Part shown: piece after piece, positions 1-7,087 of the stretch
Position numbering within the stretch: position 1 is the first letter of the stretch
Layout: the number at the start of each line of letters is the position of its first letter
Source: an uncultured Deferribacteres bacterium
GTDB lineage: Bacteria; Zhuqueibacterota; Zhuqueibacteria; Zhuqueibacterales; Geothermadaptataceae
DNA length: 15,719 nt
Reading direction: 5' to 3'
NCBI GenBank assembly: GCA_964014485.1
Contig: CAXHAT010000182.1
Location: forward strand, 1-15,719
Made by a program: the position numbers and the translations under genes
Notes under the pieces: model-generated
What the model was told of the DNA's origin: nothing
The model's database searches: none
Seen by the model: the letters and a program-made list of their open reading frames with translations, nothing else

Positions 1-342
1 CGTGTGGTGGAATTTTCCGGCACGGTGCCGGGCGGAATGAAATTGCAGGGCAAGAGAACGAAAGTGATTCTCAAAGAAGCGCTCACGGAGATTTTGCCGG
101 AGAAAATTATCAATCGCGGCAAGGAAGGTTTTAGCATCCCGATCAAGCAGTGGCTCAAAACCGACCTCAAGCCAATGATGCTCGACATGCTCTCCGAAGA
201 CCGGCTCAAACGCGAGCAATTTTTCCAGCCCGCGTACGTCCGGCGTTTAATCGACGAGCACCTGAAAGGCAAGGAAAACCACAGCCACCGCCTCTGGGCG
301 CTGATGACGTTTCAAAATTGGAAGAAAATTTATCTTGAGTAG
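1..342 (+). CDS. asnB: Asparagine synthase (AsnB-like) amidotransferase, C-terminal fragment (gene starts upstream of the window)
   Basis: Frame is open from base 1 (RVVEF...). It carries Asn_synthase C-terminal motifs 'K.ILKEA...LP..I.NR.KEGF.IP..W' and 'H...NHSHRLW.L..F..W', which are also seen at the end of 7111-9012. Stop TGA at 337-339 is in another frame; the in-frame stop is TAG at 340-342. Confidence 0.85.
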   Translation, partial: RVVEFSGTVPGGMKLQGKRTKVILKEALTEILPEKIINRGKEGFSIPIKQWLKTDLKPMMLDMLSEDRLKREQFFQPAYVRRLIDEHLKGKENHSHRLWALMTFQNWKKIYLE

Positions 343-381
343 TTGTTCGACAAAATGATTAAACCTGGATAATTCACGAAC

Positions 382-452
382 GTCATTCCCGCGCAGGCGG
401 GAATCCAGGGGCTGTGCGCGATTGAATGGATTCCCACCTGCGCGGGAATGAC
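382..452. repeat. Inverted REP doublet (REPIN-like), CGTC/dRS3-type ATTCCC-N8-GGGAAT units
   Basis: GTCATTCCCGCGCAGGCGGGAATCCA (382-407) and TGGATTCCCACCTGCGCGGGAATGAC (427-452) form a 26-bp inverted repeat with 1 mismatch and a 19-nt spacer. Each arm is itself a hairpin (ATTCCC-N8-GGGAAT). Confidence 0.9.
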
Positions 453-551
453 TTTGACGAGAGTTTCTACGGCGTCACGGCTGATGCGTAACATCGGTTA
501 TAAAGATGATTTTGACTCCAATTATTCTGACTTTAAAAAAAACAAAGATTT

Positions 552-1535
552 ATGAAAGCACTTGTCACAGGCGCGAACGGTTTTACCGGCAGTTATTTGA
601 CGAAGAATTTATTGAAAAACGGCTATGACGTTCGCGTGCTGGTGCGCAAATCTTCGGATTTGAGCGCGTTGAAGGATTTGCCGGTTGAGATTCACTACGC
701 CGATCTCTCCAACGGCCAGCCGGTTGAAGAAGCGACGGAGGGCATCGATGCGGTGTACCACATCGCGGCGCTTTTTCGCGCGGAAGATGTGCCGAAAAAG
801 ATGTTCTGGGACGTGAACGTCGGCGGCACGCGCAAACTGCTGGAAGCGTCGAAGAAGACCGGCGTGAAAAAATTTATCCATTGCAGCACGGTCGGCGTGC
901 AGGGCGAAATCAAGAATCCGCCCGCGACCGAAGACGCGCCTTACTCGCCCGGTGATTATTACCAGGACTCCAAAATGGACGGCGAGATGCTGGCGCTGGA
1001 TTTTTTCAGAAAAGAAGGACTGACCGGCACGGTCGTACGGCCCGTCGGCATTTACGGCCCCGGCGATCTACGGTTTTTAAAGCTGTTCAATTTCATTCAC
1101 AGCGGCAAATTTCGTATGATCGGCAACGGCAAAGTGCTGTATCACTTGACCTTTGTGGAAGATTTGGCGGAAGGCATTCGCCTTGCCGGAGAAAAGCACG
1201 AAGCCAACGGCGAAATTTTCACCATCGGCGGCGACGGCTTTTTGACGCTCAACGAGTTGGTCGCCAAAATCGCAGGCATTTTAGATAAGCCTGTACCGTC
1301 GTTTCGTATTCCGGTTTGGCCGGTGTGGTTCGCGGGATTGCTTTGCGAGGGCTTGTGCAAGCCGTTTGGCATATCGCCGCCCATCTACCGCCGCCGCGTC
1401 GATTTTTTCATCAAAGACCGCGCGTTCGATATTTCCAAAGCCAAAAACAAGCTCGGCTACCAACCTAAAGTCGAGCTCGACGACGGACTCAAGGTCACCG
1501 CGCAATGGTATAAAGAGCAAGGTTTGTTGAATTAG
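552..1535 (+). CDS. NAD-dependent epimerase/dehydratase (extended SDR)
   Basis: N-terminal 'ALVTGANGFTG' Rossmann motif, 'YHIAA', 'HCST', catalytic YxxxK ('YQDSK'), 'RP.GIYGPGD' and C-terminal 'LGYQP...DGL..T.QWY'. Confidence 0.92.
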   Translation: MKALVTGANGFTGSYLTKNLLKNGYDVRVLVRKSSDLSALKDLPVEIHYADLSNGQPVEEATEGIDAVYHIAALFRAEDVPKKMFWDVNVGGTRKLLEASKKTGVKKFIHCSTVGVQGEIKNPPATEDAPYSPGDYYQDSKMDGEMLALDFFRKEGLTGTVVRPVGIYGPGDLRFLKLFNFIHSGKFRMIGNGKVLYHLTFVEDLAEGIRLAGEKHEANGEIFTIGGDGFLTLNELVAKIAGILDKPVPSFRIPVWPVWFAGLLCEGLCKPFGISPPIYRRRVDFFIKDRAFDISKAKNKLGYQPKVELDDGLKVTAQWYKEQGLLN

Positions 1536-1556
1536 AAATCGCAGCTAATGCTTTTG

Positions 1557-1635
1557 TTTTTGACTGGATCAACCGGATTGACCGGATCAAGAAAGAAAAA
1601 GACAATCTAGTTGATCTTGTAAATCCCGTCAAAAA
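1557..1635. repeat. Imperfect inverted repeat of 3+3 tandem 9-nt units
   Basis: Left arm: TTTTT-GACTGGATC-AACCGGATT-GACCGGATC (1557-1588). Right arm: AATCTAGTT-GATCTTGTA-AATCCCGTC-AAAAA (1604-1635). Unit consensus is about NAC-NR-GATY. Confidence 0.75.
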
Positions 1636-1669
1636 AAATAGCTCCAAACGACATAAAGTCAGAAGAAAA

Positions 1670-2446
1670 ATGAGCAGTAAAAACGGCGTCAAAACCGAGA
1701 CGGTCGAGATTCAGAAAGATTTGCTCGACGCGAACAAGTCGAAATTACAAAAGTACCAGGAAATCATTCTTGGTACGACCGGCTTTTTCGATTTGGTGAA
1801 GTACGAGTTCATCACGCTTCTGTGCGGCTGGCTCCCCGGCGCGCTGGGGCTTCTTCTGCGCAGCAAGCTTTACCCGGTACTCCTCGGCAAAGTCGGCCGC
1901 AACGTGACGTTTGGGCAAAACGTCGTCCTGCGTCATCCCAAGAAAATCCGCATCGGGGACAATGTGGTGATCGACGATAACGTCGTACTCGACGCGAAAG
2001 GCGAGAACAATCGCGGGCTGTTTATCGGCGACGGCGTTTTTGTGGGACGGAATACGATTTTGAGTTGCAAGAACGGCGATATTCATCTTGAAGACGGTGC
2101 AAACATCGGTTTCAATTGCGAGATTTTTTCAGCGAACAAAGTGACGGTCGGCAAGAATGTTTTGATGGCGGCGTACTGCTATCTCGTCGGCGGTACCCAT
2201 ACGTTTGCGCGCACGGATATTCCAATTTTGCACCAGTCCCGCGAAGCGCGCGGCATTGCCGTCGGCGACAACGCCTGGCTGGGCGCACACGTTGTCGTTT
2301 TTGACGGCGTAGAACTCGGCAAGGAAAGCATCGTCGGCGCGGGCGCGGTCGTCAGCAAAAACGTCCCCGACTGGCAAATCGCCGCCGGCGTTCCGGCAAA
2401 GGTCGTGAAAGATCGCAGAAATGTGGAAGAATCCGCTGCTTTATAA
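1670..2446 (+). CDS. Hexapeptide-repeat (left-handed beta-helix) acyltransferase, probably a sugar O/N-acetyltransferase
   Basis: Repeated [LIV]G-x-x-x-x hexapeptides (IGDNVV, IGDGVF, VGKNVL, VGDNAW, LGKESI), a 'GGTH' motif and C-terminal 'AAGVPAKVVK'. Confidence 0.9.
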   Translation: MSSKNGVKTETVEIQKDLLDANKSKLQKYQEIILGTTGFFDLVKYEFITLLCGWLPGALGLLLRSKLYPVLLGKVGRNVTFGQNVVLRHPKKIRIGDNVVIDDNVVLDAKGENNRGLFIGDGVFVGRNTILSCKNGDIHLEDGANIGFNCEIFSANKVTVGKNVLMAAYCYLVGGTHTFARTDIPILHQSREARGIAVGDNAWLGAHVVVFDGVELGKESIVGAGAVVSKNVPDWQIAAGVPAKVVKDRRNVEESAAL

Positions 2447-2487
2447 AAATCAAAAACTACTTGAGAATCGAATAGGAATAGAATTTT

Positions 2488-2584
2488 TTAACGCAGAGTT
2501 CGCAAAGGCGCAGAGAGTGGGCAAATAATACTCAAAAATGAAAACACTCTGCGCTACTTTGCGCTCTCAGCGTCTCCGCGTTAA
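2488..2584. repeat. Imperfect inverted repeat of tandem CGCAGAG/CGCAAAG units with TTAAC...GTTAA ends
   Basis: Left arm: TTAA-CGCAGAGTT-CGCAAAGG-CGCAGAGAGTG (2488-2519). Right arm 2545-2584 reverse-complements to TTAA-CGCGGAGA-CGCTGAGAG-CGCAAAGTAG-CGCAGAGTG. Confidence 0.8.
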
Positions 2585-2585
2585 G

Positions 2586-2625
2586 AATCCACAATTCCAA
2601 AAATTCACTAATCCAACACTCCAAA
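2586..2625 (+). repeat. Five tandem degenerate 8-nt units (ANTCCANN)
   Basis: AATCCACA-ATTCCAAA-AATTCACT-AATCCAAC-ACTCCAAA, immediately after the CGCAGAG element. Confidence 0.55.
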
Positions 2626-2638
2626 AAGACTTCCCAGG

Positions 2639-3760
2639 ATGGGAAAACCAATCAAAGTTCTCCACGTCATCGATAAGTTTTCCATGGACGGAACCAACCC
2701 CAGCAGTTGCTCGCGGCTGTTTGCCGAGTGGATTCCGCGCCATGATGCGAGCCGTTTTCAGGTCGAAGTCGCCGGACTGCGTCCGCCCGATCCCGCCAGC
2801 GAGTTTTTGCAGCAGCACGATATGCGCGTGCATCACATCGACAAAGGCAAGATTTCTCCTAAAATCATTACTGAAATCGAGAAGATCGCCGTGACGGGCG
2901 GATTCCATATTCTGCATTTACACGGCTACTCGTCCGCGAATTTTGGCCGTATGGCGGCGAAACGAGCGAAGATTCGCAGCATTGTTCACGAACACGCGAT
3001 TCTGAAAATCCAGCCGCACCAGTTTCTCGTCGACCGGCTGTTGCGCGGCAAAAACGATGTTGGCATTGCCGTTTCACAGGCCGTGAAAGAATTTATGATT
3101 CAAGGCCGCTCCGTTCCCGCCGACAAAATCCGCGTCATCTGGAACGGCGTGCGCTTGCAGGATTTTCAAAACATCCCCCCCGAAAAAATCAGCGCTTTTC
3201 GCGCCAAGCACAATATTCCAACGGAAAAACGAATCATCGGCACGGTGACGCGATTGCGCGAAGAAAAAGGCAATGCTTTCCTTGTTGAAGCGGCGGCGCG
3301 GGTTTGCAAAGATTTTGAAGACGTCGTTTTCGTGCTGGTCGGCGACGGGCCGGATCGGGAAAGGCTGGAAAAACAGGCTCAGAACTTGGGCGTGTCGGAC
3401 AAAGTCATTTTCACAGGTTTCGAGCCTGAAATCGCCCCGGCGCTGGGCGCGATGGAAGTTGTGGCGATTCCGTCGTTGAACGAAGGCTTTGGCTTGGCGA
3501 TGGTGGAAGCGATGGCAGCGGGCAAGCCGGTGGTTGCAAGCAGGGTAGGAGGGATGCTTGAAATTGCCGAGCACGAAGAAACCGCACTCTTCGTCCCCCC
3601 TGCGAACGCCGAAAAACTGGCGGATGCGCTGTCGCGGCTATTACAAGATGGCGATTTTGCCGGGAAAATCAAGGAGAACGCGATGCGGCGGAGTTTGGAT
3701 TTTGGTATTGAGAAGAATGTGGCGGCTTTGGAGAAGTTGTATCAGGGCATGATGAGTTGA
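2639..3760 (+). CDS. Glycosyltransferase family 4 (GT-B fold)
   Basis: 'IKVLHVI' start, 'HLH', 'IAVSQAVK', 'VIWNGV', 'RL.EEKG', 'VGDGP.R', and the GT4 signature 'PS.NEGFGLAMVEAMAAGKPVVASRVGG..E'. Confidence 0.93.
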   Translation: MGKPIKVLHVIDKFSMDGTNPSSCSRLFAEWIPRHDASRFQVEVAGLRPPDPASEFLQQHDMRVHHIDKGKISPKIITEIEKIAVTGGFHILHLHGYSSANFGRMAAKRAKIRSIVHEHAILKIQPHQFLVDRLLRGKNDVGIAVSQAVKEFMIQGRSVPADKIRVIWNGVRLQDFQNIPPEKISAFRAKHNIPTEKRIIGTVTRLREEKGNAFLVEAAARVCKDFEDVVFVLVGDGPDRERLEKQAQNLGVSDKVIFTGFEPEIAPALGAMEVVAIPSLNEGFGLAMVEAMAAGKPVVASRVGGMLEIAEHEETALFVPPANAEKLADALSRLLQDGDFAGKIKENAMRRSLDFGIEKNVAALEKLYQGMMS

Positions 3761-3768
3761 TGACAGTT

Positions 3769-3785
3769 GACGGATGCAATCCGTC
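3769..3785. other. Perfect 7-bp hairpin GACGGAT-GCA-ATCCGTC between convergent genes
   Basis: Seen directly. There is no U-tract on either strand, so it could be a REP remnant or a pause/terminator-like hairpin. Confidence 0.45.
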
Positions 3786-3815
3786 GGCATTGATTCGACG
3801 GGGATTCTACGAAAC

Positions 3816-4088
3816 CTAAGCAGGGAGAAGATTCCCGTTGAGCAGGAGCGTTTCCAGTTCTTCCCAACTCATTTCTTCGCCTTCGCTCAAGGGTGTGGCG
3901 AGCGCTCTTTTGGTTTCTTCGTTCGGTATTTCCACGCGGAACGGCAGGCCCTGAACGGCAACGGCCTGGCGCAAAAACAGGTCGATCGCGCTCGAAAGAT
4001 CGAGACCGAGTCGTTTGAACAAAACGCTTGCGTCGGCTTTGAGCTTTGGGTTCGTTCGAGCGTGAATAACAGCGGTTTTGGTTGACAC
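3816..4088 (-). CDS. RelB/DinJ-family antitoxin (no adjacent toxin)
   Basis: 'I.AR....LK..A..LF..LGL..S.AI.LFL.Q.V...GLPF....PNEET..AL' is the typical DinJ/RelB RHH pattern. GTG start is preceded by an AAGGAG RBS. Confidence 0.88.
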   Translation of the reverse strand: MSTKTAVIHARTNPKLKADASVLFKRLGLDLSSAIDLFLRQAVAVQGLPFRVEIPNEETKRALATPLSEGEEMSWEELETLLLNGNLLPA

Positions 4089-4156
4089 GGGCGTTCTCCT
4101 TTGTTGATGGCGGAGCGGCGAATTGATACGAAATGTTTAAGAATCGCGAGATAAAA

Positions 4157-5572
4157 ATGCAAGTCAAAAACCTGTCGTTTGAAATCGATGAAGACAAACC
4201 TTTTGAAAATGATCAGTTATCACGCCGCAATAGCGCTGAAAATCTGACCCATCTCATCAAAACGATTGAACAGCCCTTCGTACTGGCGCTTGATTCTCCA
4301 TGGGGATCGGGGAAAACGACATTTATCAAAATGTTTGCCCAACACTTACAGCTACAAGGCGTGCCCACCCTTTATTTCAATTCTTGGGAGGTCGATTACA
4401 GCGATGACCCCTTAATTTCTTTTATTGGAGAAATTCAGAGCAGTTTAGAAGTGTCCAAAATCGATCCATCTAAAAAGAAAAAACTCGCTGGATACGTCAA
4501 AAAGGCAAAGAAACTTGGCGGTACGATCATCAAGGAATCGATCCCGCTGGCCTTAAAAATTGGAACGGCAGGGGCGCTGGACTTAGACAAATTCACTGAA
4601 AAGGCGTTTGCGGATTTTGCTGAGAAAGTGGCGCGAGAAAAAATAGATGGGTATCAGACATATAAGCGAACACTCGAAGATTTCAAAGAAAACTTGGGGA
4701 ATTTTGCCTCTGAAATTTCGAAAAGCGGCGATCAGCATTGTCCTTTAGTCTTCTTTATCGATGAATTGGATCGATGCAGGCCAAATTTCGCTGTCGAATT
4801 ATTGGAACGGCTCAAACATTTGTTTTCAGCGCCAGGAATCGTGTTTGTGCTTGCTATAGATAAGGCTCAGATTTCGAATTCGATAAAGTGTTTGTTTGGA
4901 AACGATATAAACACCGATGGCTATCTGCGTCGCTTTGTTGATCTTACTTACCAGCTTCCAATTGCTGGCTTAGATGAATTCTGCAATTTTTTATACCAAA
5001 AATTCGAGTTTTGGAAGTTTTTTGAACAAAGAAATGCAAACTTTCAAGACCGTGAAATTGAGTATAAACAACTCACCGAAACCTTCACAAGCGTAGCCAA
5101 CATTTTCAAGCTGAGTGCCAGGGTTGTCGAGCAGTGTATCGCTCAAATTAATATTATTGTGAGAACTACTCCTTTTGAAGAGAGTATTTATCCGATATTT
5201 TTGGGTTTCTTGATTTCTTACCGAGTCTTTAACGAAGAGAGATATGTAGCTTATTGCAAAGGAGAAATCCAACCAAGAGAGGTAATTAACGAACTCAAAG
5301 GACTAGATGGAGGGTACGAGTTTTTAGTATCTGAGCAATACGGGAAATTACTGGAAGCCTTTATCGCCAGCGCATTCTTAGATGCTAAAGAAATAAAGGA
5401 ACTTATAGATTTCTATAAAGGCTCTGAATATGCAAATAATTTGAATGAAGATGAGACTCAAGCCGCTGTGAGTATTATGAAACACTTGGCAACTTTTATT
5501 AGCTTTAGATACAATCGTATTATCGAAGAGATAGTGAAAAAAATCGAGATGAGTCATCGCTTTCAGTTCTGA
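4157..5572 (+). CDS. KAP-family P-loop NTPase
   Basis: 'PF.ND.L.R', Walker A 'ALDSPWGSGKT', 'YFNSW', Walker B 'LVFFIDELDRCRP', 'E.LE.LKHLF', 'GYLRRF.D..Y.LP'. Start is either ATG 4157 (preferred; the KAP signature begins soon after) or 4133. The gene is AT-rich relative to its neighbours. Confidence 0.9.
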   Translation: MQVKNLSFEIDEDKPFENDQLSRRNSAENLTHLIKTIEQPFVLALDSPWGSGKTTFIKMFAQHLQLQGVPTLYFNSWEVDYSDDPLISFIGEIQSSLEVSKIDPSKKKKLAGYVKKAKKLGGTIIKESIPLALKIGTAGALDLDKFTEKAFADFAEKVAREKIDGYQTYKRTLEDFKENLGNFASEISKSGDQHCPLVFFIDELDRCRPNFAVELLERLKHLFSAPGIVFVLAIDKAQISNSIKCLFGNDINTDGYLRRFVDLTYQLPIAGLDEFCNFLYQKFEFWKFFEQRNANFQDREIEYKQLTETFTSVANIFKLSARVVEQCIAQINIIVRTTPFEESIYPIFLGFLISYRVFNEERYVAYCKGEIQPREVINELKGLDGGYEFLVSEQYGKLLEAFIASAFLDAKEIKELIDFYKGSEYANNLNEDETQAAVSIMKHLATFISFRYNRIIEEIVKKIEMSHRFQF

Positions 5573-5647
5573 TAGCATCTTGATGAAAAATCTTTCGATT
5601 TTAGGTTCAAATGAGTTGTTAATAGGAGAAGGTCGGCTTTTCAATTT

Positions 5648-6877
5648 ATGTACGCAACGATTCTCAACAAACTCCGCTGGAGCTATCGCAAAAATTGGCC
5701 GGATATTAAAGGCTTGTTTTTGCGGCATTATCCGGAATTTGTTTTGTCCAACAGTTTGCGAGAATTGGGCGAGGAGATTCCGGTTTTTTGTTTTCACAGC
5801 GTGGAGCCGGAAGATTTTGAAGCCAAACTCGATTATCTCAAGAGCAACGATTACGCAACCCTCGACGGCGATGCGCTGCTCAAAGCCCTGCGCCGAGAAA
5901 CGCCCCTGCCCAAACGCGCCGTTGTGTTGACATTCGACGACGGCACGGCCACGCTCTATTCCGTTGCCTGGCCGCTGCTGCGGAAATACGGCTTTCAGGC
6001 GATCAGCTTTCTCATTCCTGGCTGCATCCCCGAGACCGCGCCAAAGCAGCCGATGTACGAGGATTGGGCTGCTGGAGATGTTGAAAAAAGCGCTTTGCTG
6101 GAGCGGGAAAAGGGCGATTTTCCGCTTTGTTCGTGGCAGGAAATTCGCGAGATGCACGCGAGCGGCGTGATCGATTTTCAGGCGCATACGATGCATCATC
6201 ATTTGATCCACGTTGCGCCGCAATTGGTCGATTTTATCCACCCCAACTACGACTTTTATTTCTACGCAAATATTCACGTTCCGGTCTACTATTCACAAGG
6301 TCAACCGGACTTTAGCCGCAAGGCTGCGCTTGGAACGCCGGTCTATCGCGCCGAACCGCACTTGTGCGGACGAGCGCAGTTTTTTGATGACGAATCCGCG
6401 CGCAGAACATGCGTCGAATATGTCGTGAAAAACGGCGGCGAGCGTTTTTTTGAGCGGGAAGATTGGCGAAAAGAATTGCTCGAAGTCCATCGCAACGCTT
6501 CAAAAAGCAACGGCCAAACGCGATTTGAATCGACTGAAGAAACCCGCGAAACGATCTTTCAGGATTTCGCTGAGTGCAAGCGGCAGATTGAGGAAAACAT
6601 CCCCGGAAAAAAGGTGGAGCATTTTTGTTTTCCCTGGTTCATCGGCTCGAACGTCGCTGTGGAAATGGCGCAAAAGGCAGGCTTTCAAGCATTGTATTGG
6701 GGCATTTTAAACGTCCGCCGCACCAACCGCCCCGGTGACGACCCACTGCGCGTTATGCGCGTGGAAGACCGTTATCTCGAACGTTTGCCGGGAGACGGGC
6801 GAAAGTCGCTGCGGGAGATTCTGGCGGGAAAAATCAACACGAATCTGCCGCTTTTTCGAAAGAGATTGAATAAATAA
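5648..6877 (+). CDS. Polysaccharide deacetylase (NodB/CE4 homology) with a large internal insertion
   Basis: 'PVFCFHSV', motif 1 'VVLTFDDG', 'L.W.EIREM..SG..DFQAHT.HH' (metal-binding His) and motif 3-like 'FCFPW'. Confidence 0.85.
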   Translation: MYATILNKLRWSYRKNWPDIKGLFLRHYPEFVLSNSLRELGEEIPVFCFHSVEPEDFEAKLDYLKSNDYATLDGDALLKALRRETPLPKRAVVLTFDDGTATLYSVAWPLLRKYGFQAISFLIPGCIPETAPKQPMYEDWAAGDVEKSALLEREKGDFPLCSWQEIREMHASGVIDFQAHTMHHHLIHVAPQLVDFIHPNYDFYFYANIHVPVYYSQGQPDFSRKAALGTPVYRAEPHLCGRAQFFDDESARRTCVEYVVKNGGERFFEREDWRKELLEVHRNASKSNGQTRFESTEETRETIFQDFAECKRQIEENIPGKKVEHFCFPWFIGSNVAVEMAQKAGFQALYWGILNVRRTNRPGDDPLRVMRVEDRYLERLPGDGRKSLREILAGKINTNLPLFRKRLNK

Positions 6878-6878
6878 A

Positions 6879-7087
6879 ACCACGGAAATACACGGAGTTG
6901 CACGGACGGGGGCATGGACGGACAGATTGAGAAGCACGCTGAAGCGTGAACTACAAACGACAGAGCTTCTCTTATGCTCAGAGTAGAAGGATACTCGGTC
7001 GTTTGTAGTCCATGCTTTAGCATGTTTTTTTTGTACGATTCGTCATGTATCCAAGGTGGATGTCATTTTTCCATGCCCCTCCGTGGT
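6879..7087. repeat. Outer inverted repeat of CA(C/T)GGA units at about 10-nt period
   Basis: Left arm: AC-CACGGA-AATA-CACGGA-GTTG-CACGGA-CGGGGG-CATGGA (6879-6918). Right arm TCCATGCCCCTCCGTGGT (7070-7087) reverse-complements to ACCACGGAGGGGCATGGA. Confidence 0.75.
6932..7027. repeat. GTAG-type REP doublet (REPIN-like), nested inside the CACGGA element
   Basis: 6932-6961 reverse-complements to GTCGTTTGTAGTTCACGCTTCAGCGTGCTT. 6998-7027 is GTCGTTTGTAGTCCATGCTTTAGCATGTTT (25/30 identical). Each copy is GTAG plus a short palindrome. Spacer is 36 nt. Confidence 0.85.

Noticed and set aside
1495..1692. 65-aa minus-strand ORF
   Set aside because: It is a translation of the 9-mer repeat element and overlaps both flanking genes antisense.
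2486..2586. Integron attC site (AAC...GTT cores in an imperfect palindrome)
   Set aside because: The cores deviate from RYYYAAC/GTTRRRY, the other intergenic elements lack paired AAC/GTT cores, there is no integrase, and the genes form a coherent operon rather than cassettes.
2538..2894. 118-aa ORF (MKTLCATLRSQRLRV...)
   Set aside because: Its N-terminus is a translation of the repeat arm and the rest overlaps the GT4 gene out of frame.
3742..4197. Alternative ORFs around the DinJ-like gene as a possible toxin
   Set aside because: All overlap the antitoxin or KAP gene extensively and none resembles RelE/YafQ.
5378..6277. 299-aa minus-strand ORF
   Set aside because: Antisense shadow across the KAP and deacetylase genes with no recognisable motifs.
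6932..7027. CRISPR-like 30-bp repeats with a 36-nt spacer
   Set aside because: Only two copies, in inverted orientation, with no cas genes. The GTAG-plus-hairpin structure fits REPs.
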